A stretch of DNA of 64,000 bases from a virus, in the IMG/VR virus record IMGVR_UViG_3300031251_000016, positions 2,458 to 66,457 of that record; one strand, 5' to 3'. A model generated the notes under the pieces. That model ran no database searches. It worked only from the letters and a program-made list of their open reading frames with translations, and was not told the origin of the DNA. Position numbers and translations under genes: made by a program. Below, piece after piece: positions 1 to 8,345 of this stretch. Every line of letters begins with the position of its first letter. Position 1 is the stretch's first letter.

Positions 1-1
1 A

Positions 2-844
2 GGACGAGCCATTGAAGGAACCCCCGAACATGAGCTATACGTAGTCAACGCGGGTTGGACCCCGCTGGGCGAGCTCAAACCGGGGGACAGGCTATGTGCG
101 ATAGGTGCGTCGAATTTGGCGGCAGGCGCTACCATCGCAGAAGCGATGGCTACTTCGTTCATGAAGGGTCGAGCCGCACCCGGCCGCGCGTTCGGCGTTA
201 TCTGCACAGGGACGTGTGGGCCGAGGAGAACGGCGAGATTCCTAAAGGATTTCACATCCACCATCGCGACGAGGACCGCGGGCACAACGCAATCGACAAT
301 CTTTTCCTCATGCCGCACGGCGATCACGCGCGCCACCACCGTCTTGGCAAAGAAAGCCCTACGTCCGTTTCGAACGGGCGAGCGGTCATGGAAGCGTTCT
401 GGAGTCGGGCCGAGTGGAAGACCGCCAAGTGCATCGTTTGCGGAGCCGAGTTTCAATCTCGTGCTTTGGTTCCGTCAAAATTTTGTTCCGTCAAATGCAG
501 CAGCGAATGGCACGAGCCGCGCTACGTTCCCGAAAGAAAGACTTGTGCATGCTGCGGTGCGTCTTTTGTTGCCAAAAAGCGCGCTCAGAGATTCTGCTCT
601 AGGGCGTGCAACAGTCGTGCGAATGGCAAGGGTAGCCAAGGGGCGCGCGTCGTGTGCTGCGCAGAGTGCGGGTCCTGCTTCCCGTCAAACCGGAAAAACG
701 CGCGGTTTTGCGGTCGAGAATGCGCCTTGGCTTACCACGACCGTAGTCGCGAGCGTCGAACCTTCGCCGACTTGTAAACCAGTCTACGATTTGACTGTTG
801 CCGACGCGCACGAGTTTTTTGCGAACGGCATGCTGACGCACAAC
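2..844 (+). mobile_element. Intein 1 in TerL at Walker B (N-terminus outside the window)
   Basis: Block B 'EGTPEH..GW..LGELKPGDRL' at 2-96; blocks F/G 'VYDLTVADAHEFFANGMLTHN' followed by Cys (845-847) then DE. Confidence 0.9.
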
Positions 845-2239
845 TGCGACGAATTGGCGGCCTGGCAGTATGCCGAGACGTGGGATCAGCTTCTCTTCGG
901 CTTGCGCCTCGGCAAGCACCCGCGCGCCATTATCACGACGACGCCGCGGCCGACGCCTCTGGTGCTGTCGATCCTCAAGGACAAGGGCACGCTTAAGATC
1001 ACGGGCTCGACCTTCGACAACGCGGCCAACCTATCGGCGAAGACGCTCGAGAAGCTCAAGGAGAAGTACGAGGGCACGCGCCTCGGCCGGCAGGAGCTGC
1101 GCGGCGAGGTCCTCGACGACGTGCCGGGCGCGCTCTGGACGCGCGACATGGTCGACGCGGCGCGGGCTCCGGTCGTTATTCCCGACTTCACGCGCATCGT
1201 AGTCGCGATCGACCCGTCAGGCGTGCGCAACGAGAGCGACACGGGATCCGATGAGGTCGGTATCGTCGTCGCGGCGAAGGGCGTGGATGGCCGCGGGTAT
1301 GTGCTGTTCGACGGCTCCTGCAGGATGTCGCCGCTGGGCTGGGGGCGCCGCGCCGTCGAGCTTTACCGGCGCTTCGGGGCCGACCGGATCATCGGCGAGC
1401 GTAACTTCGGCGGCGCGATGGTCGAGGCCGTCATTCTGAGCATTGACGACAATGTGCCCTACAAGGAGGTCACGGCCAGCCGCGGCAAGGTGCAGCGCGC
1501 CGAGCCGGTCGCAGCGCTCTACGAGCAGGGAAAAATCTCGCATGTCGGCGACCTCGACGTGCTCGAGGATCAGATGTGCTGCATAACCTCGGCCGGCTAT
1601 CTGGGCGAAGGCTCGCCCGATCGGGTCGACGCGTGTTTCGTTGCCGGAACGCTGGTTGAGACGGCAAGAGGAAGCGTGCCGATTGAGTGCGTGACGACGA
1701 AAGACTTTGTGCTTACTCGTCAAGGATTTAGACGCGTGACGTGGGCAGGCCGAACGGGGGTGAGAGAAACCGTTGTCACGACATTTGAGGATGGAAGAGA
1801 GCTAACGTCCACACCAGAGCATCCTGTCTGGACGGGTAGCGACTTCACTGCTATAGCGGCTACGGCAGTTGGAGAGTCGTTATGGTCGCTGACCGCGAGA
1901 AGCGATACTTTGTCGACGCTATTTGCCCGGCTTGTGGAGGCGCGTTTAGGCAGAAAAAATGGGGAGACCGCTCCGAGGCTTGTTCCCGTAAGTGTGCTTG
2001 GGCGCTCCGCAGGGCGCGTCGAGCCTGTCTATAATCTGCATGTTGACGGCCCCCATGAATTCTTCGCGAACGGCTTCCTCGTGCATAATTGCGTCTGGGC
2101 GCTAACTGATCTGTTTCTCGGCGAGGATTTTGGCGGCTTTCTCGGCCACTACCGCGTTGAGTCTGAGAAGCGGCAGGCCGAAGTCGCTGCGAAGAAGGCG
2201 CCGGTCGCCGCGGGCTGGCTGCCGCCAAAGGTGGCTTGA
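2..2239 (+). CDS. terL: Terminase large subunit (5' partial) containing two inteins
   Basis: Frame open from position 2; Walker B CDELAAW, 'ITTTPRP' coupling motif, nuclease 'VAIDPS' and 'SPDRVDA..VWAL'; two Hint domains ending in HN/C. Confidence 0.93.
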   Translation, partial: GRAIEGTPEHELYVVNAGWTPLGELKPGDRLCAIGASNLAAGATIAEAMATSFMKGRAAPGRAFGVICTGTCGPRRTARFLKDFTSTIATRTAGTTQSTIFSSCRTAITRATTVLAKKALRPFRTGERSWKRSGVGPSGRPPSASFAEPSFNLVLWFRQNFVPSNAAANGTSRATFPKERLVHAAVRLLLPKSALRDSALGRATVVRMARVAKGRASCAAQSAGPASRQTGKTRGFAVENAPWLTTTVVASVEPSPTCKPVYDLTVADAHEFFANGMLTHNCDELAAWQYAETWDQLLFGLRLGKHPRAIITTTPRPTPLVLSILKDKGTLKITGSTFDNAANLSAKTLEKLKEKYEGTRLGRQELRGEVLDDVPGALWTRDMVDAARAPVVIPDFTRIVVAIDPSGVRNESDTGSDEVGIVVAAKGVDGRGYVLFDGSCRMSPLGWGRRAVELYRRFGADRIIGERNFGGAMVEAVILSIDDNVPYKEVTASRGKVQRAEPVAALYEQGKISHVGDLDVLEDQMCCITSAGYLGEGSPDRVDACFVAGTLVETARGSVPIECVTTKDFVLTRQGFRRVTWAGRTGVRETVVTTFEDGRELTSTPEHPVWTGSDFTAIAATAVGESLWSLTARSDTLSTLFARLVEARLGRKNGETAPRLVPVSVLGRSAGRVEPVYNLHVDGPHEFFANGFLVHNCVWALTDLFLGEDFGGFLGHYRVESEKRQAEVAAKKAPVAAGWLPPKVA
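94..777 (+). CDS. HNH endonuclease with three CxxC..CxxxC zinc fingers, nested in intein 1 in the -1 frame
   Basis: YLHRDVW..IHHRDEDRGHNAIDNL..H HNH motif; GGGGGA at 82-87 then ATG at 94; stop just before intein block F. Confidence 0.85.
   Translation: MCDRCVEFGGRRYHRRSDGYFVHEGSSRTRPRVRRYLHRDVWAEENGEIPKGFHIHHRDEDRGHNAIDNLFLMPHGDHARHHRLGKESPTSVSNGRAVMEAFWSRAEWKTAKCIVCGAEFQSRALVPSKFCSVKCSSEWHEPRYVPERKTCACCGASFVAKKRAQRFCSRACNSRANGKGSQGARVVCCAECGSCFPSNRKNARFCGRECALAYHDRSRERRTFADL
1634..2089 (+). mobile_element. Intein 2 (mini-intein, 152 aa) in the TerL nuclease domain
   Basis: CFVAGTLV start, 'STPEHPV' block B, 'VYNLHVDGPHEFFANGFLVHN' followed by C; interrupts DRVDA/CVWAL. Confidence 0.92.
1882..2034 (+). 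CDS. 50-aa zinc-finger ORF nested in intein 2 in the -1 frame (endonuclease remnant)
   Basis: Hand translation MVADREKRYFVDAICPACGGAFRQKKWGDRSEACSRKCAWALRRARRACL*; GGAGAG at 1871-1876; below the ORF-track length cutoff. Confidence 0.65.
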   Translation: MVADREKRYFVDAICPACGGAFRQKKWGDRSEACSRKCAWALRRARRACL

Positions 2240-2264
2240 CTATAACTACGGTCTTGGTTATGCA
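2236..2264 (+). promoter_or_regulatory. Putative sigma70-type promoter
   Basis: TTGACT-17 nt-TATGCA upstream of GGAGG and the ATG at 2293. Confidence 0.5.
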
Positions 2265-2292
2265 GTAGCTACCCAAGCCTGGAGGTTAAGCT

Positions 2293-2535
2293 ATGAAAGC
2301 GACTACCCTCGCCCTCGTTTTTGTTTTTGCCCTCACTCCCGCCCTCGCCCTTGACGCCGCGCCGACGGCGGAGGCCCCCCTCTACGACCCATGTCAAGTC
2401 GCGACGACCGCAGCCGACCTCGCCGACTCCTTCACGCTCAACAATCCAGCTAACGACATAAAGGTGATGGCGGACCTTGCTCACGACACGCGCGACATTA
2501 TCTGCGCGAGGCGCCCCGTCCCCGCGGCGAAGTAA
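2293..2535 (+). CDS. Small hypothetical protein with signal peptide
   Basis: GGAGG RBS; MKATTLALVFVFALTPALA leader. Confidence 0.7.
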   Translation: MKATTLALVFVFALTPALALDAAPTAEAPLYDPCQVATTAADLADSFTLNNPANDIKVMADLAHDTRDIICARRPVPAAK

Positions 2536-2540
2536 GATAA

Positions 2541-3668
2541 ATGACCAGTCCCGACATATCCCGCGCCGCGCTTGAGCGGTTGGCTGCGACAAGGAGAAAC
2601 TTCAATTTCGGCAGCGCCGCTGATCTAGTCCTCGCCCTCCGCGACGCGCTAGATGCTGCGGAGCGGGAACGCGACGAGCTTATTGACGAGAACTCGGACT
2701 TGAAAAATGCGCCCTGGCCAGAATGGGCTGAGCGCATGAAACACGCGATACGTGAGGAGACGGGATACGATGGATATGACGACGTATCCAACGGTATTGA
2801 TCTCCCCAAAGAACTCGATGAGATGATTTCTGAGTTGCGGGAGAAACGCAAAGCTGCTGAGCGGGAGCGGGATAACTGGAAGGCTCACGCCATTTCGCGC
2901 GGGAAGCGTCTGCGCAAAACTCGCGACAAGTTCATAAACATCAAAGATGAACTGTGCGACGATGGCGACCGGGTTTATTTCGGCAGCACAAACCACGCTG
3001 ATATGTTCAAGGACGACGTCGAATGGCTTGATGCTTTCGCGTGGAACAAGATTATGGGCGAGCCCGAAGATTGGGATTTGCTCGGGGCGCTTGATAAGTT
3101 TCGATCCGCGCTAGACGCCGAGCGGAAGAAAGTAGCAGAGGAAGCCGAAAAGCTGCGATTGGCGCGAGAGCACATTGAGCTGAAGTGCAGAGAACGAGAC
3201 GCCGCCCGCGAGGAAAATGCGAGGCTGAGAGAGGCGGCGCAAAATCTTTTACGGGATGTTGATCGGGGGTGGACGCTTGGTCCTCCGATGGACGCCCTCC
3301 GCGCCGCCCTCACACCCGCGGATCCGAGTGATCTTGCGGAAAAAGACTATGGAACGCCGATTTTTGACGCTGTATGGGAAGCGATAAAGCGCTGGGACTT
3401 AGATCGCGGGGATTATCCAGGCGCGGCAAACAGGCGCTCTAGCTATGCGGGCGCGACTGGCACGGACGTTCAAGCCATTCTCAACGTCGTGAATCCGTTT
3501 GTCACCGCCGCCCGCGCCGCAGGCCGGAGGGAAGGGCTGAGAGATGCAATTGCGGAGCTTAGACAAGTCCGCGAGGATTTCAGCGGCGATGGAGGTTGTT
3601 ATCGAAACGGCGTGACGGACGCAATTGACGCCATCCTCGCCCTCGCCGACCAGGAGCCAAAGCCATGA
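2541..3668 (+). CDS. Hypothetical mosaic coiled-coil protein (Ead/Ea22-like N-terminus, tentative)
   Basis: 375-aa ORF coupled to neighbours; repeated AAERERD segments. Confidence 0.65.
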   Translation: MTSPDISRAALERLAATRRNFNFGSAADLVLALRDALDAAERERDELIDENSDLKNAPWPEWAERMKHAIREETGYDGYDDVSNGIDLPKELDEMISELREKRKAAERERDNWKAHAISRGKRLRKTRDKFINIKDELCDDGDRVYFGSTNHADMFKDDVEWLDAFAWNKIMGEPEDWDLLGALDKFRSALDAERKKVAEEAEKLRLAREHIELKCRERDAAREENARLREAAQNLLRDVDRGWTLGPPMDALRAALTPADPSDLAEKDYGTPIFDAVWEAIKRWDLDRGDYPGAANRRSSYAGATGTDVQAILNVVNPFVTAARAAGRREGLRDAIAELRQVREDFSGDGGCYRNGVTDAIDAILALADQEPKP

Positions 3669-4261
3669 TTACAACCACGCTCAATCGTATCCGCGCGCAT
3701 CATCCTTGCTCCGATGGATGGGAAAAACTGCTCGCCGGCCTTGGCAAAACGGAAGCCGATGACGATCCGCTCCCTTATGCGCTCATCGTCGAAATCAACG
3801 GAATAAGTGACGCGCTATGGGCATGTCGAGCCGAGCCGCAGCACGCGAAGGAATGGCGGTTGTTTGCCGTCTGGTGCGCGCGACAGGTCGAGCACTTGAT
3901 GAGGGACGAGCGGTCGAAGGTGGCGCTCGTCGTCGCCGAACGATATGCGAATGGAGCGGCGAGCGACAAAGAACTGGTCGCCGCATGGGCCGCCGCAGAG
4001 GCCGCCGCAGAGGCCGCCGCATGGGACGAAAGGGTCGCCGCAAGGGACGCAAGGGTCGCCGCAAGGGACGCAAGGGCCGCCGCAAGGGCCGCCGCATGGG
4101 ACGCATGGGCCGCCGCAAGGGACGCCGCATGGGACGCCGCATGGGACGCCGCAGGGGACGCCGCAAGGGACGCCGCATGGGCCGCCGCATGGGCCGCCGC
4201 AAGGGGCGCCCAGTGTGAAAAATTCTTGGATGTTGTCGGACGTGAGGAGCCCAAGCCATGA
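3665..4261 (+). CDS. Phage protein with AAWD/AARD low-complexity repeats
   Basis: ATGA overlap; 'RLFAVWCARQV' followed by Ala-rich tetrapeptide repeats. Confidence 0.8.
   Translation: MITTTLNRIRAHHPCSDGWEKLLAGLGKTEADDDPLPYALIVEINGISDALWACRAEPQHAKEWRLFAVWCARQVEHLMRDERSKVALVVAERYANGAASDKELVAAWAAAEAAAEAAAWDERVAARDARVAARDARAAARAAAWDAWAAARDAAWDAAWDAAGDAARDAAWAAAWAAARGAQCEKFLDVVGREEPKP
3977..4207 (+). repeat. Coding tandem repeats (GCCGCATGGGAC / GCCGCAAGGGAC units)
   Basis: 12-bp and 21-bp units seen directly. Confidence 0.9.
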
Positions 4262-4479
4262 CGCCAGAGCAGCTTTTAGAGGCGATGAAACGTGCAATTT
4301 CCGGCGACTACAGCGGTCCGCTTGATGATTGGGACGATGAAGCCCGAGCTGCGCTCGCTGTGGCGCTGGAGGCTGCGGAGAAGGTGGCTGACGTTCATTT
4401 TGCCGCCGGCGCTCAGCGGCATGAGATCGCCGCCGCCATCCGCGCCCTTGTGCCCGTGCGCAAAGAGGGAGGGGAGTGA
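4258..4479 (+). CDS. Hypothetical protein
   Basis: ATGA-coupled 73-aa ORF with RBS. Confidence 0.65.
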   Translation: MTPEQLLEAMKRAISGDYSGPLDDWDDEARAALAVALEAAEKVADVHFAAGAQRHEIAAAIRALVPVRKEGGE

Positions 4480-4480
4480 G

Positions 4481-4699
4481 ATGCGCCACCCCGTCGCCAC
4501 CGCCGTGCAGATCGAGCGCGCCATAAAAGCCGCCCAGCGCGCCGGACTGCCGATCGAGCGCGTCGAGGTTGACGGCTCGAAGATTGTCGTTATCTCCTAC
4601 AGCCAAGTCGAGACGTCGAGGGTCTCGTCGCTCGACAAATGGCTGGAGAAACGACGTGGACGTGAAGAATCTCAATCGCGTTCGCAAAAAGCGGGCTGA
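4481..4699 (+). CDS. Putative excisionase / recombination directionality factor
   Basis: GGAG RBS, ATG at 4481; small basic ORF overlapping the integrase start. Confidence 0.5.
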   Translation: MRHPVATAVQIERAIKAAQRAGLPIERVEVDGSKIVVISYSQVETSRVSSLDKWLEKRRGREESQSRSQKAG

Positions 4700-5678
4700 C
4701 GGCAGCTTCGTCACCTATTGGTATGCGTGGAAAGGCGGCCCGCGGCTCGAGGGTGAGCCAGGGTCGTCGGCGTTCAAGCGCTCCTACGAAGCCGCCATGC
4801 GCGCGGCGCGCACGGGATCTGCGCCCGACCATCTTGGCGCCGTCCTCGACGAGTATCTCGCCTCACCCGAATTTAGGAAGCTCGCGCCGCGCACGCGTAG
4901 GGACTACGCCCATTACCTTGAGATGGCGCGCGTTGAGTTCGACGACTTCCCGATTGCTGAACTCGCCGATGACAAGGCGCGCGGCGTCTTCCTCGCCTGG
5001 CGTGACGGAATCGCCAAACGCTCGAACCGCATGGCCGACTATGCGCTCATGGTGCTCTCGCGCGTCTTCGCGTGGGCGCGCAACCGCCGGCGGATCCCGG
5101 CGCATCCCTGCCAGCGCAGCGGACGCGTCTACGAGGGCGCCGCGCGCGTCGACGCGGTTTGGACCGACGCCGACGAAGCGAAGTTCCTGGCTGTTGCGTC
5201 GTCCCAGCTGCGGCTTGCCTTCATGCTGGCGCTGTGGACCGGGCAGCGACAGGGCGACATCCTGGCGTTGACGTGGGACGCCTATGACGGTGAAGCGATT
5301 CGGTTGGAGCAGCAGAAGACCAAGCGTCGGGTCGTCGTTCCCGTTGGCGCTCCGCTCAAGGCGCTCCTCGACGTGACGCAGCGGCGCTCGGACTTCATCG
5401 TGACCGGGCAGGGCGGCGAGCGCTTCACGGGCTTTGGCTTCTCGGCGTCCTTCCGCAAGGCCTGCGCGCGGGCAGGGGTGCGCGGCCTCACGTTCCACGA
5501 TCTGCGCGGTACGGCCGCAACCCGCATGGCGGAGGCCGGCGCCACGGAGCTCGAGATCGCCGCGGTGACGGGCCACTCGATCTCGGACGTCAAGTCGATC
5601 CTCGATCGTCAGTATATCAGCCGCTCGACGGTGCTCGCTGGGGCGGCGATCCGGAAACTTGAAAACCGCGTGAAGTGA
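4656..5678 (+). CDS. int: Tyrosine recombinase (phage integrase)
   Basis: TGQRQGD (R), HDLRGT (HxxR), TGH and C-terminal Tyr; likely GTG start at 4656. Confidence 0.93.
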   Translation: MDVKNLNRVRKKRADGSFVTYWYAWKGGPRLEGEPGSSAFKRSYEAAMRAARTGSAPDHLGAVLDEYLASPEFRKLAPRTRRDYAHYLEMARVEFDDFPIAELADDKARGVFLAWRDGIAKRSNRMADYALMVLSRVFAWARNRRRIPAHPCQRSGRVYEGAARVDAVWTDADEAKFLAVASSQLRLAFMLALWTGQRQGDILALTWDAYDGEAIRLEQQKTKRRVVVPVGAPLKALLDVTQRRSDFIVTGQGGERFTGFGFSASFRKACARAGVRGLTFHDLRGTAATRMAEAGATELEIAAVTGHSISDVKSILDRQYISRSTVLAGAAIRKLENRVK

Positions 5679-5720
5679 CTACTCGCTTGCGCGCGGCTTC
5701 GGGCTTGGCTACAAAGGCGC

Positions 5721-6677
5721 ATGGCCTTCGTCCGCGTAACGCAGCTTGACGGGAAACTGCCGAATCTAGCACTCATGCGGCTGTCGGCGTGGCGGAAGTC
5801 GCTTGGCGACGAGGTCTATTTCACGCGATCGCCCTACCGGCACGCCGACGAACCCGACTACTCGGCGGTCTACGCAAGCGCAATCTTCAAGTTCTCTGCC
5901 GAGCGCGTCGAACGACTCAAGCACGAGTGGCCGCAGGCGATTGTAGGTGGGACCGGCTCGGGGGGCAGCGTTGGGGTCGAGGACCTGGAAGGCTTCGAGG
6001 ACCGCGGGCTAGACTATAGCCTCTATCCTGATTTCGAAGCGAGCATTGGTTTCACGCAGCGCGGGTGCCGGCTGTCCTGCAAGTTCTGCGTGGTGCCAGG
6101 GAAGGAAGGCAAGCCGCGCCACAATGCGACCGTTTGGCAGGTTTGGCGCGGGTGGTGGCACAAGAAGCAGCTGCACTTGCTCGACAACGATTTCTTCGGA
6201 GGTCCGGAGTGGGAGGATCGAATCGGGGAGATCCGGGCGGGCGGCTTCAAGGTCTGCTTCAGCCAGGGCGTGAACGTGCGCGCGGTGACTGACGAGGTCG
6301 CGCAGGCGATCGCGTCCGTCGAGTATCGGGACGACAGCTTCAGCCGGCGGCGTCTCTACACGGCTTGGGACAACCTGAAAGACGAAGAGGTTTTCTTCAA
6401 AGGAGTCGATCGGCTCGAGGCGGCCGGCGTCCCGCCGAAGCATTTGATGGCCTACATGCTCGTCGGCTTCGACAAAAACGAGACTTGGGAGCGAATCTTT
6501 CATCGTTTCAACCGGATGGTTGCGCGCGGGATTCTGCCTTACCCGATGGTGTTCGACAATTCCCGCCGCGACCTCAAGCAGTTCCAGCGTTGGGCGGTCA
6601 CGGGCCTTTACCGTGCCGTTCCGTGGGGGGATTACGACGCGAACCGAAAGAAGCAGCGCGCATGGGCTGGCCTGTAA
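5721..6677 (+). CDS. Radical SAM protein
   Basis: RGCRLSCKFC (CxxxCxxC), LLDNDF; N-terminal 'LPNLALMRLSAW'. Confidence 0.88.
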   Translation: MAFVRVTQLDGKLPNLALMRLSAWRKSLGDEVYFTRSPYRHADEPDYSAVYASAIFKFSAERVERLKHEWPQAIVGGTGSGGSVGVEDLEGFEDRGLDYSLYPDFEASIGFTQRGCRLSCKFCVVPGKEGKPRHNATVWQVWRGWWHKKQLHLLDNDFFGGPEWEDRIGEIRAGGFKVCFSQGVNVRAVTDEVAQAIASVEYRDDSFSRRRLYTAWDNLKDEEVFFKGVDRLEAAGVPPKHLMAYMLVGFDKNETWERIFHRFNRMVARGILPYPMVFDNSRRDLKQFQRWAVTGLYRAVPWGDYDANRKKQRAWAGL

Positions 6678-6689
6678 GAACGGGTAGGC

Positions 6690-6925
6690 CTCCCAACTTT
6701 CTCCCAACTCGGCTCCCAACGCCCAACCAGACCGTTCGTAAGTTATTGATTTTTGGCGACCCCGGCAGGATTCGAACCTGCGACCTACTGCTTCGAAGAC
6801 CGATGTTCCCCTAGCGTAAGACATTGACGCTAAAGCGTATCACAAATAGCCGCTACTCAAGTCGCTACAGATTCGCTACGAGCAGCATCAATGGGGTAGG
6901 AGCGCTCTCCCAACTTTCTCCCAAC
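6690..6925. other. attP region: 45-bp core (6754-6798) matching a tRNA-Arg 3' half, flanked by arm-type repeats and an IHF-like site
   Basis: Minus strand CTTCGAAGCAGTAGGTCGCAGGTTCGAATCCTGCCGGGGTCGCCA; direct repeat CTCCCAACTTTCTCCCAAC at 6690-6708 and 6907-6925; TAAGTTATTGATT at 6739-6751. Confidence 0.85.
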
Positions 6926-7004
6926 AATGTTACCCGCCCGTGAGGGCAGACTTGACTTTAGCCGCAGGGCGTGCTGGGTGGCTAGCCTATTATGGGGGTA
7001 GACA

Positions 7005-7361
7005 ATGAAAATTTCGGCGATAATTCTCTCCCTAACGCTAGGCGGTCCCGCTCCGGAGCCGCACGTCATCGTCGCCCGCGAGGTCCTGGCGCCCCAAGTC
7101 ATGGCGCGCGTCGGGGCGGAGGACGGGCGGGTCCTTCGCGTCCTCCGCCACTGCGGCGCGCACGACCAGGCGACCTACTATCAGACGCTCCTCACGGAGA
7201 AAATGCTGGCGCTCTGGGGCGACTACGGGCGGGTGACGCTCTGGGCCCTAGAGGACGCGGTCTCGCAGAAGACTGACCCGGTCGCGGACCTGCGTGGCCG
7301 CGCCTGCGCCGACTACACCAAGGCGGTCGGGGAGGCCATGGCTAGTCTCACTTCGCGCTAG
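7005..7361 (+). CDS. Hypothetical protein with hydrophobic leader
   Basis: GGGGG RBS, 118 aa. Confidence 0.65.
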   Translation: MKISAIILSLTLGGPAPEPHVIVAREVLAPQVMARVGAEDGRVLRVLRHCGAHDQATYYQTLLTEKMLALWGDYGRVTLWALEDAVSQKTDPVADLRGRACADYTKAVGEAMASLTSR

Positions 7362-7431
7362 AGTCACGCTTTGCAGGCGCTACGGATCGTAGTAGCTTGG
7401 TAGCGAAGACGCGAACTGAGGATGTTTAGTG

Positions 7432-7740
7432 ATGGCCGTGACCAACTGGCAGATGACGGTTTCCGCGGCGAGCCCGGGGGTTCCGAATCCATTCGTCATC
7501 CCCGGCACGAAGCGGTCTTACGCCGTTTCGGCGGGTTCCGCGCTCTCTGTTCCCGATTTTGACGCTCAGATTCTTGCCTCGGTGGGTTGGATCTTGCTTG
7601 CGAAGAACGTCGTGCCCACGAGCGGACGCCCCGTAGGCGCGCTGGCGGGCCAGTCGATCCTTGATTCGACCGTCGGGGCCATCCTCATCTCGGATGGCAA
7701 AGGCAACTGGCTCCACAGCGCGACCGGCGTCGTTTCGTAG
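7432..7740 (+). CDS. Hypothetical, possibly minor virion protein
   Basis: GAGG RBS; beta-rich composition. Confidence 0.6.
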   Translation: MAVTNWQMTVSAASPGVPNPFVIPGTKRSYAVSAGSALSVPDFDAQILASVGWILLAKNVVPTSGRPVGALAGQSILDSTVGAILISDGKGNWLHSATGVVS

Positions 7741-7749
7741 CGCGCCGCC

Positions 7750-8031
7750 GTGCCGGAGTTCTCGCCCATGCCAACGGTCGAGTGCATCCTGGGGGAACTC
7801 CGCGGCGAGCTGCGGGCGCACGTCGAGGATCGCAGGATTCATGACGCGCGGATCGAGGAACGATTCGAACGAATCGATGCGAAGCTGGCGGCGCTGACCT
7901 CCGCGCGCGACAACAGCCTAGGCGCTATGTGGGCGTTCTCTAAAGTCGGCGTGGGCGTCGTCGCGCTCTTCGGTCTCCTCGGCTACTTCGCGACAAACGG
8001 GCTACCCGAGTTTGTGAAGCGAGTGCTGTAG
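7750..8031 (+). CDS. Coiled-coil plus C-terminal transmembrane protein (holin/XhlA-like, tentative)
   Basis: ERFERIDAKL coiled coil then VGVGVVALFGLLGYF. Confidence 0.55.
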   Translation: MPEFSPMPTVECILGELRGELRAHVEDRRIHDARIEERFERIDAKLAALTSARDNSLGAMWAFSKVGVGVVALFGLLGYFATNGLPEFVKRVL

Positions 8032-8123
8032 TGACCTCGTAGCGACTCCGCGCTTGACTTGGCTGCGGGCGTATGTGACAAGGCGGTAGATGTGGGCTCC
8101 GGAAGAGAGCTTGGGAGGTTGTT

Positions 8124-8345
8124 TTGGTCATTGAAACGCGCAACGACGACCCGCCGCTCGATTATGTTGCAGAACGCACTGAAGCCTTTACGAGATTGGC
8201 GCTCGCGCTCGACGGTCTCAAATGCGACGCGGTCAAGACCGCAGGGCTGAAAATGCTCGAAGCGATCGTGGAGTCGGTCAAGACAGCGCCCGTGAGCGCG
8301 ACGCCGCCGCACCACATCAAGGGCCGGCCCGTCGTCGTGAAGTGA
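8124..8345 (+). CDS. Hypothetical protein
   Basis: GGGAGG RBS, TTG start; TTGACT promoter-like box near 8054. Confidence 0.6.
   Translation: MVIETRNDDPPLDYVAERTEAFTRLALALDGLKCDAVKTAGLKMLEAIVESVKTAPVSATPPHHIKGRPVVVK

Noticed and set aside
116-775. ORF-track start at 116 as the terminase N-terminus
   Set aside because: The frame is open from position 2 and contains intein block B there; the true start is outside the window
3775-4714. Long alternative-frame ORFs with GPCG, RRPMRR or GTPHG repeats
   Set aside because: Shadows of the 12-bp repeats in the AAWD gene; no RBS or independent motifs
6754-6830. Complete tRNA gene
   Set aside because: Only anticodon loop to CCA is present; upstream sequence cannot form the acceptor stem, D arm or 5' anticodon stem, so it is called an att core
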